Notes: generated by a model from the letters alone, not told the origin. 64,000 bases of DNA from Deltaproteobacteria bacterium (GCA_016219285.1 JACRNJ010000006.1:4988-68987); one strand, 5' to 3'. Counted from the stretch's first letter, positions 20,101-30,988 are shown. A program made the numbers and translations.

Positions 20101-20558
20101 TAATTAAAAGTTTTTGCGGTTTGTCATTTTCAATCCAAAACACTTGTCCTAAGGTGATGTTGGTATTGTATCCGATATTATTAAAGTTCGCCAAGATGAC
20201 TGTGAAAGTTGAATCAGTTGAGTTGGTATAACGAAGTGAAACGGCTTTGCCTTTCAAATCAAATTCATCCCTTTCAAATTTGTAATAACCTTTGATATTA
20301 AGAAATAAAATTACGCTCTTTCTTTTCTGCGTTTGCAGCTTTATTGAAATTGATAGTATGGTGTGGAACTATTAAGCAGGTAAGCGCATCAACAAGAGTG
20401 GATTTACCCGAACCAATAGAACCTGTGAGTAAGGAATTATTTCCGTTTGGCTCAATTCTCCAAATTTTGTCATGAAAAGTTCCCCAGTTTAGCAGCTCCA
20501 TATATTGCAAGCGGAAACCTATTTGTGAGTTATCTCTATTGAATTCAAGTTCTCTCAT
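17162..20558 (-). CDS. jetC: Wadjet SMC-like ATPase JetC, interrupted by a +1 frameshift; the 86-aa N-terminal Walker A fragment is 20298-20558 and the main body is 17162-20257
   Basis: The N-terminal fragment carries TGSIGSGKSTLVDAL. The body frame stays open upstream of its nominal start and reads ...KGYYKFERDEFDLKGKAVSLRY, contiguous with the fragment after a 1-nt slip in the T-run tttatttctt. The body is a long coiled-coil with C-terminal ABC signature and Walker B-like motifs. Confidence 0.75.
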
Positions 20559-21124
20559 TCGGCTGTTTGACTTGCATAATTTTTTAGTTTCTCCAATGAA
20601 TCTTTTACTACATCAGCATTTATAAACGCCTTTATGATTCGGTTGATTTCGTATTGCTCATCATCTGTTTTCATCTTGCGTAAAAAACCCTCATCAATCA
20701 CTCGTTTAATTGCCGCTTCAATTTGTTTTACTTGGTTTGCTTCGTTAGTTGATTCTTTGTAAAATGGTTTTATCATATTCAGAATTTCATCTCTGGTCAA
20801 AACCGCTTTTGTTGATTCGCCTTCGCTGTCGTTTTCTATCAAATGTTTCCTAAGCAGCAAACACAAAAGCGAAACATGAAAATTAAGCTGCCTTTTCTCA
20901 ATAAGTTTTGGTGTTTCATCTTCGCCGTCTTCGCTTACTCGTTGTTTCAAATAAGCATATCCTTCGGGTTTGTCAATAATTACATCAAGATAAATGTCGG
21001 TAAAATATTTCTTGATGTCAGATTCATACAATAAAAGTTCATCCCAAATTTTTTCATTGTGATTGTAAACGATGCCTTTCAGCAAGGCAATTAATATGTT
21101 TGTATACGGTTTGTTCATCGGCAA
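20555..21124 (-). CDS. jetB: Wadjet system protein JetB (DUF4194-like)
   Basis: 189 aa, acidic small protein. It sits between JetA and JetC with ATGA-type overlaps, which matches the size and operon position of JetB/MksE. Confidence 0.65.
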   Translation of the reverse strand: MPMNKPYTNILIALLKGIVYNHNEKIWDELLLYESDIKKYFTDIYLDVIIDKPEGYAYLKQRVSEDGEDETPKLIEKRQLNFHVSLLCLLLRKHLIENDSEGESTKAVLTRDEILNMIKPFYKESTNEANQVKQIEAAIKRVIDEGFLRKMKTDDEQYEINRIIKAFINADVVKDSLEKLKNYASQTAE

Positions 21125-22545
21125 AATATAATTTGAGGAATTTTTACTTTGAAGTTTTTATTTGTTTTTGAATTTTTGATGTCAATAAAATCATATGAAC
21201 TTTCATCAACTATATGTTTGTTCTTTTCCTTTGACGCAATTTCAAGATAAGCCACAACTTCTACAACGCCTTTTTGTATTTCAAACTCTCTCACAAATTC
21301 AGAAAAAGAAATTTGCGACTTGTGTTTCAAGGCGGTTTTTATTTTGTCTTTCAATTCTGCAATATCTATTTCAAATTGCTCAAATAGTAAATCATTGTTG
21401 CTTGTTGATTTTCCTTCTTCGGGATTGTTGTTTGCGAATTTTATTTTCTGCGGTGGATTGAAAAGAGGTCTGTCAACAATCAAGTTAATGTCTATCGTTT
21501 CGTCCAACTCTAACAAAGAAAGTTTGCTGAAATCCATTTCAGTATTTTCGCTGATAATTTTTAAGGCCTCGGTAATGTTGTCGTGAATACGTTTGTTGTC
21601 AAGAAAAGATTTATGCTCTAAATATTTTCGGAGTTGTTCCAATAATGAATTTGTTGTCTTGTTGGTTTTGTCTCCTGCATCAATCAAGTTGTTTCTGATG
21701 TTGTCAATGCTGAAATTTTCTTTTTGAAGTTGTTGAACCACCGGTATGCCCAACACCTCATCAATAAGTTTTTCAAATTCGTCTTGCTTGGATTGCGATA
21801 AAAGAAACTCCCAAAAGGCAATGAAACTTTTTCCCTGGTCTGTTTCTAATAAAAAATCCTGCTGCTGAAAAAGTTCTTCCAGCACCTTTCCTTTTGCCTG
21901 ACTTGTTGTAATAATTTTCTTTCTGAAATTTCTGTCTAAGTCACGGAAGTTTTGTTCTACTTGCCTGAAATCAGCCAATAAATATTTTGCTGTTTCTTCA
22001 ATGAGGAAATACTGCTCTTTAATTTGCCTGTCGTCAAGCAACTCCATTTTGCCGCGCTTAACATCTTCAATTTCCTGTTCAATGCCTTTCTTCTTTGTTT
22101 CCAATTCCTTAATCCTCGCTGCAAAATCTCTTTTTGTTTTGGAAGATAGCTCTTTTAGTTGTTCAAAAAGGTTTTTCAATCGTGATTCCGTTCCTACAAA
22201 TTCGGGTTTGTCTAAATCGTCAATCCACTTCAAAACGTTTTCAGCCGCAGGTGTTAATTCGTAAATCGGTTCGTCATTAGTGTAAAAATACTTTCGCAGG
22301 AACCCAGAGTTTGTCCAGTCAGTTAAATATTCCTTTGGCTGCCTTGAATATCTATTTTCACCTTGGTTGGTAATGTAAAGATGATCGGTTAAGAGCGATA
22401 TGAGGTCTTTCTCTGAAAAGGTGATAAGGTTACTCTGTTTGTATGACTTGAAAAGAAAACTAATAATCAACGGGGCATTGTCGGCAGTTATGAGTTTAAT
22501 TGTCGTATTGGCTTTGAGTAGTTGATATATTTTTTCAAAAGTCAT
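21115..22545 (-). CDS. jetA: Wadjet system protein JetA (DUF3375-like)
   Basis: 476 aa. It is the first gene of the operon, and its size and position match JetA/MksB. Confidence 0.7.
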   Translation of the reverse strand: MTFEKIYQLLKANTTIKLITADNAPLIISFLFKSYKQSNLITFSEKDLISLLTDHLYITNQGENRYSRQPKEYLTDWTNSGFLRKYFYTNDEPIYELTPAAENVLKWIDDLDKPEFVGTESRLKNLFEQLKELSSKTKRDFAARIKELETKKKGIEQEIEDVKRGKMELLDDRQIKEQYFLIEETAKYLLADFRQVEQNFRDLDRNFRKKIITTSQAKGKVLEELFQQQDFLLETDQGKSFIAFWEFLLSQSKQDEFEKLIDEVLGIPVVQQLQKENFSIDNIRNNLIDAGDKTNKTTNSLLEQLRKYLEHKSFLDNKRIHDNITEALKIISENTEMDFSKLSLLELDETIDINLIVDRPLFNPPQKIKFANNNPEEGKSTSNNDLLFEQFEIDIAELKDKIKTALKHKSQISFSEFVREFEIQKGVVEVVAYLEIASKEKNKHIVDESSYDFIDIKNSKTNKNFKVKIPQIIFCR

Positions 22546-22872
22546 TTTGTTTTACATATAGTAACAAATTTAGGAATAAATGTCCGCCTTTGTGCGTTGG
22601 GGCAAAAGCAAATGCGGCGCATACCAAAATCAAAATAATAAACTAATGAGCCTCTTTTGCTTTTGTAAAAACGGTAATCAAACGGCTTTGCCGAAATTGT
22701 TTTTGTCGTCTGTGTCCGCTTGTCAAATTTGATGTTTGCATTGTCGTCAAAAAATTATTTATATTATACTATCCGGCGCAAAACAAATAGTCCGATAAAC
22801 AATAGTTTGATAAACAAAAGCCCCTCTCCTCTCATTCCAAAATTTAAAATGAGAAAAGAAGGGCAACGAGTA

Positions 22873-22949
22873 TGGCGGGGCCGACGGGGCTCGAACCCGC
22901 AACTTCCGCCGTGACAGGGCGGTGCTCTAACCAATTGAACTACGGCCCC
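22873..22949 (-). tRNA. tRNA-Asp (GTC)
   Basis: The reverse complement gives GGGGCCGTAGTTCAATTGGTTAGAGCACCGCCCTGTCACGGCGG...TTCGAGCCCCGTCGGCCCCGCCA. The anticodon loop is CTGTCAC. Confidence 0.85.
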
Positions 22950-23058
22950 AGTTTGATCATGATACGGAGAAACAGAGCGGGGGAGAAGCGGAGCCTCTTT
23001 TTGTTGTATTGCTCCGATTCACCGATTCTCCATTTCACCGGTTCAATCACACTTTAAA

Positions 23059-23134
23059 TGGTAGGCGGAACAGGGATCGAACCTGCGACATCAGCCTTGT
23101 AAGGGCTGCGCTCTACCAACTGAGCTATCCGCCC
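23059..23134 (-). tRNA. tRNA-Val (TAC)
   Basis: The reverse complement gives GGGCGGATAGCTCAGTTGGTAGAGCGCAGCCCTTACAAGGCTG...GGTTCGATCCCTGTTCCGCCTACCA. The anticodon loop is CTTACAA. Confidence 0.85.
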
Positions 23135-23279
23135 GCAACCAAGTAAATAAAACAAACACATGAAATAGAAATCAGGAAAGAGGAAAACAAATTCCTAATT
23201 CCTGATTTCTAAATTGTTTAATGCCGGTTTAAATCTTAACTATATAGGATTGCACTTTTGCCTTACGTCATATTACACA

Positions 23280-23555
23280 TTACTTTTTTACTGCATCTTT
23301 CAAACCTTTTCCAGCTTTAAACTTTGGGACCTTTCTTGCGGGGATATTGATCTCTTTTCCAGTCTGCGGATTCCGTCCTTTTCTTGCTTTTCTTTTGGAA
23401 ACGGAAAATGTCCCGAAACCAACGAGGCTGACTGTCTCCAATTTTTTCAAAGATTTGGTCACAGCTGTCGTAAAGGCATTCAATGCCTTTTCAGCAGCAA
23501 CCTTGGTAATTTCAGCCGCTTCTGCGATTACATCAACAAGTTCGCCTTTTGTCAT
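23280..23555 (-). CDS. hup: DNA-binding protein HU
   Basis: 91 aa with the HU/IHF signature ([38 protein letters not shown]). Confidence 0.85.
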   Translation of the reverse strand: MTKGELVDVIAEAAEITKVAAEKALNAFTTAVTKSLKKLETVSLVGFGTFSVSKRKARKGRNPQTGKEINIPARKVPKFKAGKGLKDAVKK

Positions 23556-23723
23556 ACTTTATTCTCCTTCCTTAATGAATTAAATTCTAAATTCTGTAAA
23601 TGCTATAGCAACTTTCCTTAGCCCTGTCAAGCAAATTATACCATTACAAAATAGAAAGGTTAGCCTTTGGATAAACTTTCTTCCTGATTTTATCAAAGGT
23701 AAAATCAACTATCTTGTTAAGGG

Positions 23724-24281
23724 TTATACTTCCATTATTTCCTTTTCCTTATGTTTCAGAATATCATCAATTTTGATTATATATTTATCTGTTATTTCTT
23801 GGATCTGAGCTTGGGCCTTCTTTAAATCGTCTTGCGAAATCGCCTTGTCTTTTTCCAGTTTTTTTACTTCCTCATTGGCATCTCTTCTGTTATTTCTGAC
23901 AGCAACTTTACATTCTTCTGATGTCTTCTTTGCTATCTTGACTATATCTTTCCTCCGTTCCTCTGTAAGTTGTGGAATGGAAATACGGATAAGCTTTCCA
24001 TCATTGGTAGGAGTAAGCCCTAAATCCGAGCTCATGATGGCCTTCTCTATGCCTGACAGGACGCTTGCATCCCACGGTTGAATTGTAATAAGTCTGCTTT
24101 CTGGAACCGACATGCTGGCAAGCTGGTTTATCGGCGTAAGCGTTCCATAATAGTCAACCCTTACCCCTTCAAGAATGGAAAGGGATGCCCGCCCTGTCCT
24201 AAGCTTTGCAAGCTCGCGATGCAATACGTCAATTGCCTTCTCCATCTTATCTTTCATTTCTTTAAAAATAGCATCCATCAT
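23724..24281 (-). CDS. frr: Ribosome recycling factor
   Basis: Conserved RRF sequence ([19 protein letters not shown]...PWDAS...[23 protein letters not shown]). The likely start is the MMDAIF methionine; the track ORF extends further upstream. Confidence 0.85.
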   Translation of the reverse strand: MMDAIFKEMKDKMEKAIDVLHRELAKLRTGRASLSILEGVRVDYYGTLTPINQLASMSVPESRLITIQPWDASVLSGIEKAIMSSDLGLTPTNDGKLIRISIPQLTEERRKDIVKIAKKTSEECKVAVRNNRRDANEEVKKLEKDKAISQDDLKKAQAQIQEITDKYIIKIDDILKHKEKEIMEV

Positions 24282-24337
24282 ATTGCTGCCATTATTATGT
24301 AGTCTGTCCATCCCCAATTAAAACACTTGGGAACAAG

Positions 24338-24384
24338 TTTATGGGCGTATTTAGAAACAACGATGAATCGGCAAACTATAAAAT
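24338..24384 (+). repeat. Copy B (partial) of the palindromic intergenic element family
   Basis: tttatgggcgtatttagaaacaacgatgaatcggcaaactataaaa matches the core of the 2238 and 63668 copies. Confidence 0.6.
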
Positions 24385-25116
<732 letters not shown>

Positions 25117-25181
25117 TTACGATTTACAAATTACGATTTAACATTCCCAAATCGCAAATTTAAAATCGTAAATCTAAAATT

Positions 25182-25790
25182 TTAGTTCTTAACCGTTCCT
25201 TCCCCTACCTTAAATCTTGCAAACCGCCTGATTGACATATTCTCGCCTAGTTTTGCTATAGTGGCTGTCAAAAGTTCTTTGACCATCACATCAGGGTTTT
25301 TAACAAAGGATTGTTCCAATAAACAGGCTTCTTGAAAAAACTTTTCTATCTTGCCATCAACCATTTTTTCTATAACCTTTTCCGGTTTGCCCGAAAGAAG
25401 CGCCTGTGTTTTATATATAGCTCTTTCCTTGTCAATTACATCCTGAGGCACATCCTCTCTCTTCACATAGAGCGGGTTTAGGGCAGCTATATGCATTGCG
25501 ACATCTTTTGCAAGTGATTGAAATTCTTCTGTCTTTGCAACAAAATCTGTCTCGCAGTTTATCTCAACCATTACGCCGACCTTTCCGCCTGCATGTATAT
25601 AGAATCCCACCGTACCTTCTGATGTAGCCTTATCAGCCCTCTTTGCTGCAGATGCAAGACCTTTCTCCCTGAGATAAGTAATGGCTGCCTCAAAATCCAA
25701 CTTTGCTTCTGCAAGGGCCTTTTTACAGTCCATAATCCCTGCCCCTGTCTTTTCCCTTAAATCTCTGACCAGGTTTGCCGATATTTCCAT
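25182..25790 (-). CDS. tsf: Elongation factor Ts
   Basis: UBA-like N-terminus ([20 protein letters not shown]) and EF-Ts core. The likely start is MEISANLV. Confidence 0.85.
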   Translation of the reverse strand: MEISANLVRDLREKTGAGIMDCKKALAEAKLDFEAAITYLREKGLASAAKRADKATSEGTVGFYIHAGGKVGVMVEINCETDFVAKTEEFQSLAKDVAMHIAALNPLYVKREDVPQDVIDKERAIYKTQALLSGKPEKVIEKMVDGKIEKFFQEACLLEQSFVKNPDVMVKELLTATIAKLGENMSIRRFARFKVGEGTVKN

Positions 25791-25853
25791 AAAACCCCCA
25801 TTAAAGAAAATACAAATTTTGAATATCAAAACACAAAATTAAGAAATATTCCT

Positions 25854-26615
25854 TTAAGAAGCTGCTGCTTCAACCTGAGCGCTCACAACAGCGCTTTTTG
25901 CTTTATCAGTTGCTGCCTGAAGGTTTTCTTCACAAAGTTGTTTGCCTTCCAGACAGGCATCTGCAACAGACGAAACAAACAGCTGGATGGCCCTGATAGC
26001 ATCGTCATTTCCTGGAATAATATAGTCAACATTGTCGGGGCTGCAATTCGTATCAACAACTGCAACTACAGGGATTCCGAGTTTATTAGCCTCTTTTACG
26101 GCAATAGCCTCTTTCCTTACATCTATGATAAATATTGCGCCAGGCAACTTCTCCATATCCTTTATGCCCCTCATATATTTATCCAGTTTAATTCTCTCTC
26201 TTTCTATCAATAGCGCCTCTTTTTTTGTTATAGCCTCCATCTTGCCTTCTGTCTTCATGGCTTCCAGATCATTGAGCCTGAGTATGCCTTTTTTTACAGT
26301 AGAAAAATTTGTCAACATTCCTCCAAGCCATCTTTGATTGACATACAGCATTCCGCACCTTTTGGCCTCCTCCTCAATTGATGATTGAGATTGCTTTTTT
26401 GTGCCAATAAATAGTACTTTTTTACCGCTGGATGTAACCCCCTTGAGAAAATCGTATGCTGCCCTGAACATCTTCACGGTCTGCTGAAGGTCTACAATGT
26501 AGATGCCGTTCCTTGCTCCAAAGATATATGGTTTCATCTTTGGATCCCACCTCTTTGTCTGGTGTCCAAAATGCACGCCAGCCTCTAAAAGCTGCTTCAT
26601 TGTTAAATAAGCCAT
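25854..26615 (-). CDS. rpsB: 30S ribosomal protein S2
   Basis: The sequence [27 protein letters not shown]... is preceded by an aaggagg RBS. The track ORF extends upstream in frame. Confidence 0.9.
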   Translation of the reverse strand: MAYLTMKQLLEAGVHFGHQTKRWDPKMKPYIFGARNGIYIVDLQQTVKMFRAAYDFLKGVTSSGKKVLFIGTKKQSQSSIEEEAKRCGMLYVNQRWLGGMLTNFSTVKKGILRLNDLEAMKTEGKMEAITKKEALLIERERIKLDKYMRGIKDMEKLPGAIFIIDVRKEAIAVKEANKLGIPVVAVVDTNCSPDNVDYIIPGNDDAIRAIQLFVSSVADACLEGKQLCEENLQAATDKAKSAVVSAQVEAAAS

Positions 26616-26855
26616 ACTGCCTCCTTTTTGGTTTTTTTCCCTCCACCATTTTCCTTTTGCCACAGAGTCCCTCTCGGAGACACCGCTATAGCAATCCAAT
26701 GGTGTGCGAATTTATTGTGAAGCGTTATTTTTTAGCATAATATTTTTTTATTTGCAAGCTGAAAAAATATCCCAAAAATAAACATTGATTTTGGGGTAAA
26801 CTGGCAAGTCCTTGACAGACGTTTCACCTGTCAAGGGCAAGTTGTCTACCATACA

Positions 26856-26959
26856 ACACACCCCTTTAGTCCCCTCTCGAGAGGGGATTTAGGGGTGTGT
26901 TCTTTGCGACGAGCCGTAACCCATCCCTTCCCCTCCTTGGAGGGGACTAATGGGTGGGT
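26856..26959. repeat. Two adjacent GC-rich nested palindromes (hairpins)
   Basis: acacacccctttagtCCCCTCTCGAGAGGGGatttaggggtgtgt at 26856-26900. acccatcccttCCCCTCCTTGGAGGGGActaatgggtgggt at 26919-26959. They lie downstream of the minus-strand glycan operon and upstream of rpsB. Confidence 0.6.
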
Positions 26960-27167
26960 TGTGAGGAGAAAAAATGCGCCGAATAATCTTTGACGAAAAG
27001 ACATCTTACGGATGCGTTACACATGCCCAAGCATTATTATAGCCAACTTATAAGAAAAAGAAGGAATTAAGGACAACCAACCCTATAGAGAGAGACAATT
27101 CAGAGAGGTAAGGAGAATAATAAGGCCAATGAGCTGCTTTCAGAACAAAAACCACATCCTATCTCCT

Positions 27168-28328
27168 TTAGGGCAAGGTTTTACGCCATATCATATCAAC
27201 TTTTTCAATCATGCGCTTAAGGTCAAAACTCTCTCTTACAAATCTTCTCCCTGCTTCACCTACCGCAATCCTCATATCCCTGCTTTTTAATAAGAGGCTG
27301 ATGTTTTGTGAAAACTCCTCCGCCGTATCTGCAACAAGGATATCTCGTCCAGGAACGGCCTCTATCCCTTCATTGCCGATGGATGTAGTAACTACAGGGA
27401 GGGAGTGCGCCATGGCCTCTATATTCTTCGCTATGATGCCGCCGCCTCTGAGAATAGGGGAGACAAATATCGTAGCCTTCTGATAGTATGGCGCTATATC
27501 ATCTACATATCCTGTAACAACAATATTCCTGTCATAAGACGACAGATCTTTAATATGCTGAGGGGGATTATTTCCCACCACATAAAATTGAATACCCGGC
27601 ATCCCCTGTTTTACCCGAGGAAGGATATTTTTAAAAAAATAGATTACGGCTTCCTGATTGACATCCCTGTGCATTGCTCCGGCAAAGAGTATGATGTTTT
27701 CTTCTCCGGCACAATGGGGTGGATATTCGGAAGTTTCAACCGCATGTGGTATTACATGAATATTCAGATTAGGGTTAAACGAGAGAAGGATATTTTTATC
27801 CATGCGAGAGCGTGTAAATATCGTGTCAAATTTACCGGCTATGGAGAGTTCTATGCTTTTGCTTATACGCCACCGCAGCCAGTTGATAGTTTTTTGCAAC
27901 ACCCCTTGAGAAGCGCGATACTGTCTTTCAGCAGGCTTTGATATTACATCATGGGCATCCAGGATCATCCTTGCCTTTTTATGCCTCTTTATGAATAATC
28001 CTGCTTCCGTGTGTTCCACCTGCACGATATCAAAATTTCTTTTCCGTATGATTCGGTTTGCCCTGATGGCAAGATTAAGGTAAGAGGCAATAATAAAAAA
28101 AACCCGCAGAGGGTTATCAGCATCCGGGGTCTTAAACTTATAGAGTTCAACCTCTTTACAAAAACCCCCCATTTCCTGAACAAAACCTATCTCGTGCGGC
28201 TCTATTCTGGAAAAAAGATATATCTCATGTTGTGCGTACAATCCCTTTATTATTTCATAAACAGTTTTTCCGCCTGCATGGGGAACCCCAACATAAGGGA
28301 AAAACGGGGTAACAATCAAAACCTTCAC
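27168..28328 (-). CDS. Glycosyltransferase, GT4 (GT-B, family 1-like)
   Basis: 386 aa with GT4 features (MKVLIVTPFFPYVGVPHAGG; C-terminal E-x7-E-like region). Confidence 0.75.
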   Translation of the reverse strand: MKVLIVTPFFPYVGVPHAGGKTVYEIIKGLYAQHEIYLFSRIEPHEIGFVQEMGGFCKEVELYKFKTPDADNPLRVFFIIASYLNLAIRANRIIRKRNFDIVQVEHTEAGLFIKRHKKARMILDAHDVISKPAERQYRASQGVLQKTINWLRWRISKSIELSIAGKFDTIFTRSRMDKNILLSFNPNLNIHVIPHAVETSEYPPHCAGEENIILFAGAMHRDVNQEAVIYFFKNILPRVKQGMPGIQFYVVGNNPPQHIKDLSSYDRNIVVTGYVDDIAPYYQKATIFVSPILRGGGIIAKNIEAMAHSLPVVTTSIGNEGIEAVPGRDILVADTAEEFSQNISLLLKSRDMRIAVGEAGRRFVRESFDLKRMIEKVDMIWRKTLP

Positions 28329-29441
28329 CTACAGCAACCCCTTTACCGCGTTGAATACCATCTCTGCAGTTATCTGTTCCATACAGCTCGGACTAATATC
28401 ACAGGTCTGCTTATAGCAGCATAAGCAGTTGATATCCGCATAAATCTTCCTGCCTCGGCCATACAGGTCTATCTCTGCATGAGATGTCGGGCCGAATAGC
28501 GCCACAACCTTTTTCCTGAGCGCCGTCACTGCATGCAATGCCAGAGTATCGCCGGTAACAAATATATCGGCAAGGTCAACCAGTGAAAAGAACTCTCTGA
28601 TTGTATTTTCACAACCCGTATCAATGAGTGGCCCGCCGTGTTTTTTCTTTAATCTTGCATTTCGCTCTTTTTCCTCCGGGCCGCCGTAAAGCAGTATTCT
28701 GGAGTTTGGAATATTTTTATTCATCAGTTCAATAAGCCTGGAAAATCCCTCCTCTGTCCACTGTTTCTTTTCCCATCTTCTTCCTGCCCCCGTATTCAAA
28801 CCTATCCTCATCTCACCAGACTGAAGAGCGTTTTTTCTTGCAAACTCTTGGGCAAATCTTTTTTCTTTGTCGCTGAGATTCAGTATTATTTCGCGGTTTT
28901 TGGTTTTCAATCCCAGTATGGCAAATACTATTTCCTGGTAGGTTCTGGTATTGGCCTTTTTCATATCATCAAATAAACCCATCTCAAACCATCTTGCCGC
29001 TTCCTTATTCAGAGGATAAACGTATCCCCTTGCATCATAGCCAAAGCCGATTCTTGACCTTGCTTTAGCGCTCTCCGCAATAATTGCGCTTTTCGGGTCC
29101 GCGTCAGGATTTATCACAATATCGTAGCTCTCACTTTGAACCCTTAAGAAAGATTCGGCAGAATAGTCAAGCACGCAATCTACCAGGTCATTATTTTCAA
29201 ACAGGGGAACTGATTCTTTTCGGGTAAACCAGAGGATGTATGAGTCGGGATGTTGTTCCTTGAGTCCGTGCAGTATAGAGGTTGTTCGAAGGACATCTCC
29301 GACAGCATCAAGCTTTATAATAAGGATTCTCTTTTTCACCCTTTGATAAAAACGACATCCCTTGCAGTGAACCCATTTTTCTTTATGCGGCTTGCAGGGA
29401 ATGTTGCCCTTAAAGTATCTGCAATCCTTGTGTATTATCAT
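28329..29441 (-). CDS. Glycosyltransferase family 9 (heptosyltransferase-like) with a Cys-rich N-terminal extension
   Basis: 370 aa with GT9 motifs (ILIIKLDAVGDVLRTT...GDTLALHAVTAL). The N-terminal ~35 aa contain CxnC...CxxC. Confidence 0.7.
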   Translation of the reverse strand: MIIHKDCRYFKGNIPCKPHKEKWVHCKGCRFYQRVKKRILIIKLDAVGDVLRTTSILHGLKEQHPDSYILWFTRKESVPLFENNDLVDCVLDYSAESFLRVQSESYDIVINPDADPKSAIIAESAKARSRIGFGYDARGYVYPLNKEAARWFEMGLFDDMKKANTRTYQEIVFAILGLKTKNREIILNLSDKEKRFAQEFARKNALQSGEMRIGLNTGAGRRWEKKQWTEEGFSRLIELMNKNIPNSRILLYGGPEEKERNARLKKKHGGPLIDTGCENTIREFFSLVDLADIFVTGDTLALHAVTALRKKVVALFGPTSHAEIDLYGRGRKIYADINCLCCYKQTCDISPSCMEQITAEMVFNAVKGLL

Positions 29442-30988
29442 TGGTATCCCTGCGTCAGTTTTTTATAAACAAAACCTATAAAAGGATTTTTCCGGAAGAT
29501 ACCTGTAATGCCCTTTAAACATGCATATGCAGCCCTATACAATAACTTCTTCGCTGCACAAGGGGAGCGGCCTGTGATGAAAAAATCATCTTTCGCCAGG
29601 TGCTTGAGCCTTCCTGTCAGGAGATGTCCAATCCAGAGTTTAAACAGTGTCTTCTTTATGCCAAAATCAATGCCTGATGCAAGAATGTTTTTAAAGAAAT
29701 ACATGGGTCTTGAATAATAAAAAGATTCCATTTGGCTTGCCAGCACAACCAGATCCTTTTCCGGCACCGCGGAAATAGATATAGGATAAGCCCCGAAGTC
29801 TCTGTAACTGTTGAACCTCTCCCAATCGTATTTAATATTTTCTGGCACATACTGATATATAGGACTCCCTGGAAGAGGGGAACAAATAAAAACTGGAGCA
29901 AAGGTCGGATTCACTTCACACATAAGGTTATAGGTGTCTCTTATAGTAGCAACTGTGTCCAGTCTGTGATTAATCATGTTAAAGGCATAGGTCATAATAC
30001 CTGCTCTCTTTGCAAGGTCAAAGGTATTCTTTATTTCCTCATTAGTCATCTTCCTGCTTATATCTTCTCGCACTTTAGCATTTCCTGACTCCAATCCAAA
30101 TGCGATAATATAACAACCACTCTCTTGCATGGCAGAGAGAAGTTCATAATCAACAGTACCTACTTTGCCTAAGCATCGCCAGGGAAATCTTAAACCCCTC
30201 TTTTTAAACTCTTCAAACAGTTCGTAAAGCCATGCCCGCTTAGCCGTAAAAAGCTCATCATGAAACATGACCTCATCATAGCCAAATCTCTCAAACATAT
30301 ATTTGATCTCATCCACCACATTCTTTGGACTTCTCCTCCTGAAGACAGAGCCGTAAACAGCCTTATTGCAATAGGCGCAGCTGAAAGGACAGCCCCGTGA
30401 CGCCGTCAGATTCAATATTTTTTTGCCGACCTCTATCCCTTCTGATGGATATGTGTACTTTTCTATGAGATCGTTGGCAGGAAAAGGTAGAATATCCAGA
30501 TTCTCTATATAAGGTCTCGACCCTGTATGGACAATAGTCCCGTTATTCCGGTAGTAGATGCCCTGAACTTGATCCAGATTCGATCCCTTTTCAATAGCCT
30601 TGATAAGCTCAATAATGGTTACATCCCCTTCTCCGCATACGAGAACATCTGCCTCTGGACAGTCCAACATTGTCCTTTCCGGCAAGGCTGTAGCATGATG
30701 CCCTCCAACTATAATTTTAATATGGGGAAATTCTTCCTTAAGACCTTTTATATACTGCAAGGTTTGAGGTAGACCAAAGGTATAAAGGCTGAAACCGACA
30801 ACATCCGGGGAAAAGTTTTTCATATAATCAATTGAAGGATAGTTAAGTTTATTCTCCTTCGCCCCCTGATCATAGATATCCACCTCATAATTTGCTTTTC
30901 TTAATGAGGCGGCAAGGTAAAGGATGCCAAGAGGCGGGTTCTGATTAAAGTCTATGCCATTGGATTGATTGATAAGGAGTATCTTCAT
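29438..30988 (-). CDS. B12-binding (class B) radical SAM protein
   Basis: N-terminal cobalamin-binding domain followed by a radical SAM core (SRGCPFSCAYC). Confidence 0.8.
   Translation of the reverse strand: MKILLINQSNGIDFNQNPPLGILYLAASLRKANYEVDIYDQGAKENKLNYPSIDYMKNFSPDVVGFSLYTFGLPQTLQYIKGLKEEFPHIKIIVGGHHATALPERTMLDCPEADVLVCGEGDVTIIELIKAIEKGSNLDQVQGIYYRNNGTIVHTGSRPYIENLDILPFPANDLIEKYTYPSEGIEVGKKILNLTASRGCPFSCAYCNKAVYGSVFRRRSPKNVVDEIKYMFERFGYDEVMFHDELFTAKRAWLYELFEEFKKRGLRFPWRCLGKVGTVDYELLSAMQESGCYIIAFGLESGNAKVREDISRKMTNEEIKNTFDLAKRAGIMTYAFNMINHRLDTVATIRDTYNLMCEVNPTFAPVFICSPLPGSPIYQYVPENIKYDWERFNSYRDFGAYPISISAVPEKDLVVLASQMESFYYSRPMYFFKNILASGIDFGIKKTLFKLWIGHLLTGRLKHLAKDDFFITGRSPCAAKKLLYRAAYACLKGITGIFRKNPFIGFVYKKLTQGYQ

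Noticed and set aside
27405-27941. 178-aa plus-strand ORF
   Set aside because: It is antisense to the GT4 glycosyltransferase and has no recognisable domain.
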